In this document: in pieces, positions 63,675 to 64,000 of the stretch
Position numbering within the stretch: the stretch's first letter is position 1
How the letters are laid out: each line of letters starts with the position of its first letter
IMG/VR virus record: IMGVR_UViG_3300017763_000007
Direction: 5' to 3' (one strand)
DNA: 64,000 nt
DNA from: a virus
Translations under genes and position numbers: made by a program
Notes under the pieces: model-generated
What the model was told of the DNA's origin: nothing
Database searches by the model: none
Seen by the model: only the letters and a program-made list of their open reading frames with translations

Positions 63675-64000
63675 CATACATGGTGACTGGCGGTGCTGGT
63701 TTCATCGGCAGTAACTTTTTACATTTTCTCACTGAGAAAACGTCAGAACCTATTGTCGTGCTTGATAATCTCACTTACGCTGGTGACATGAGATTCATTC
63801 CTGTTACAAAGCAGGTAAAGTTTGAGTGGTGTGACATCTCAAATGAAGATCATGTGTTGTTTCTATTTGAAAAATATAAACCTAGAAAGATCTGGCATTT
63901 TGCGGCAGAAAGTCACGTAGATAATAGCATCGCTAACTATCGACCTTTCCTAGAGGCAAATGTTGTAGGTACTATCAATCTCCTCAATGCTTCATTGAAC
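63671..64000 (+). CDS. rmlB: dTDP-glucose 4,6-dehydratase (partial, runs off window)
   Basis: Translated by hand: VTGGAGFIGSNF, DNLTYAG, HFAAESHVDNSI. Confidence 0.9.
   Translation, partial: MTYMVTGGAGFIGSNFLHFLTEKTSEPIVVLDNLTYAGDMRFIPVTKQVKFEWCDISNEDHVLFLFEKYKPRKIWHFAAESHVDNSIANYRPFLEANVVGTINLLNASLN

Overview
This window is a 64-kb segment of a large T4-like marine cyanophage (myovirus of Synechococcus/Prochlorococcus), almost entirely coding and mostly on the + strand. From left to right it holds: a tail-fibre-like gene; the neck/terminase/tail/head module (gp13-gp23); gp3, uvsY, uvsW, gp55, gp47 and gp46; an accessory block (outer-membrane beta-barrel, sulfotransferase-like gene, two hli); the replication module (gp45, gp44, gp62, regA, hsp20, gp43, uvsX, gp41, mazG) with inserted sugar and DNA-modification genes; a block of probable internal head proteins; primase and nrdA/nrdB; and an auxiliary region (kinase-like gene, tandem SGNH paralogs, ndhP, truncated gnd, talC, 2OG-Fe(II) oxygenase, Man-6-P isomerase cupin, partial rmlB). 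I found no tRNA, CRISPR array, intron, intein or homing endonuclease. The main items for a second look are: a chain of overlapping mini-ORFs behind a perfect Shine-Dalgarno; a minus-strand three-gene locus with one frameshift and one gene lacking any canonical start codon; an orphan TRAP DctP-like protein without a signal peptide; a catalytically erased cytidyltransferase with a T4-like capsid-targeting sequence; a putative nuclease-methylase pair; two AbrB-like paralogs, each coupled to a clamp-loader subunit; and several structured leaders. All family assignments come from motif recognition by eye, not from database searches.
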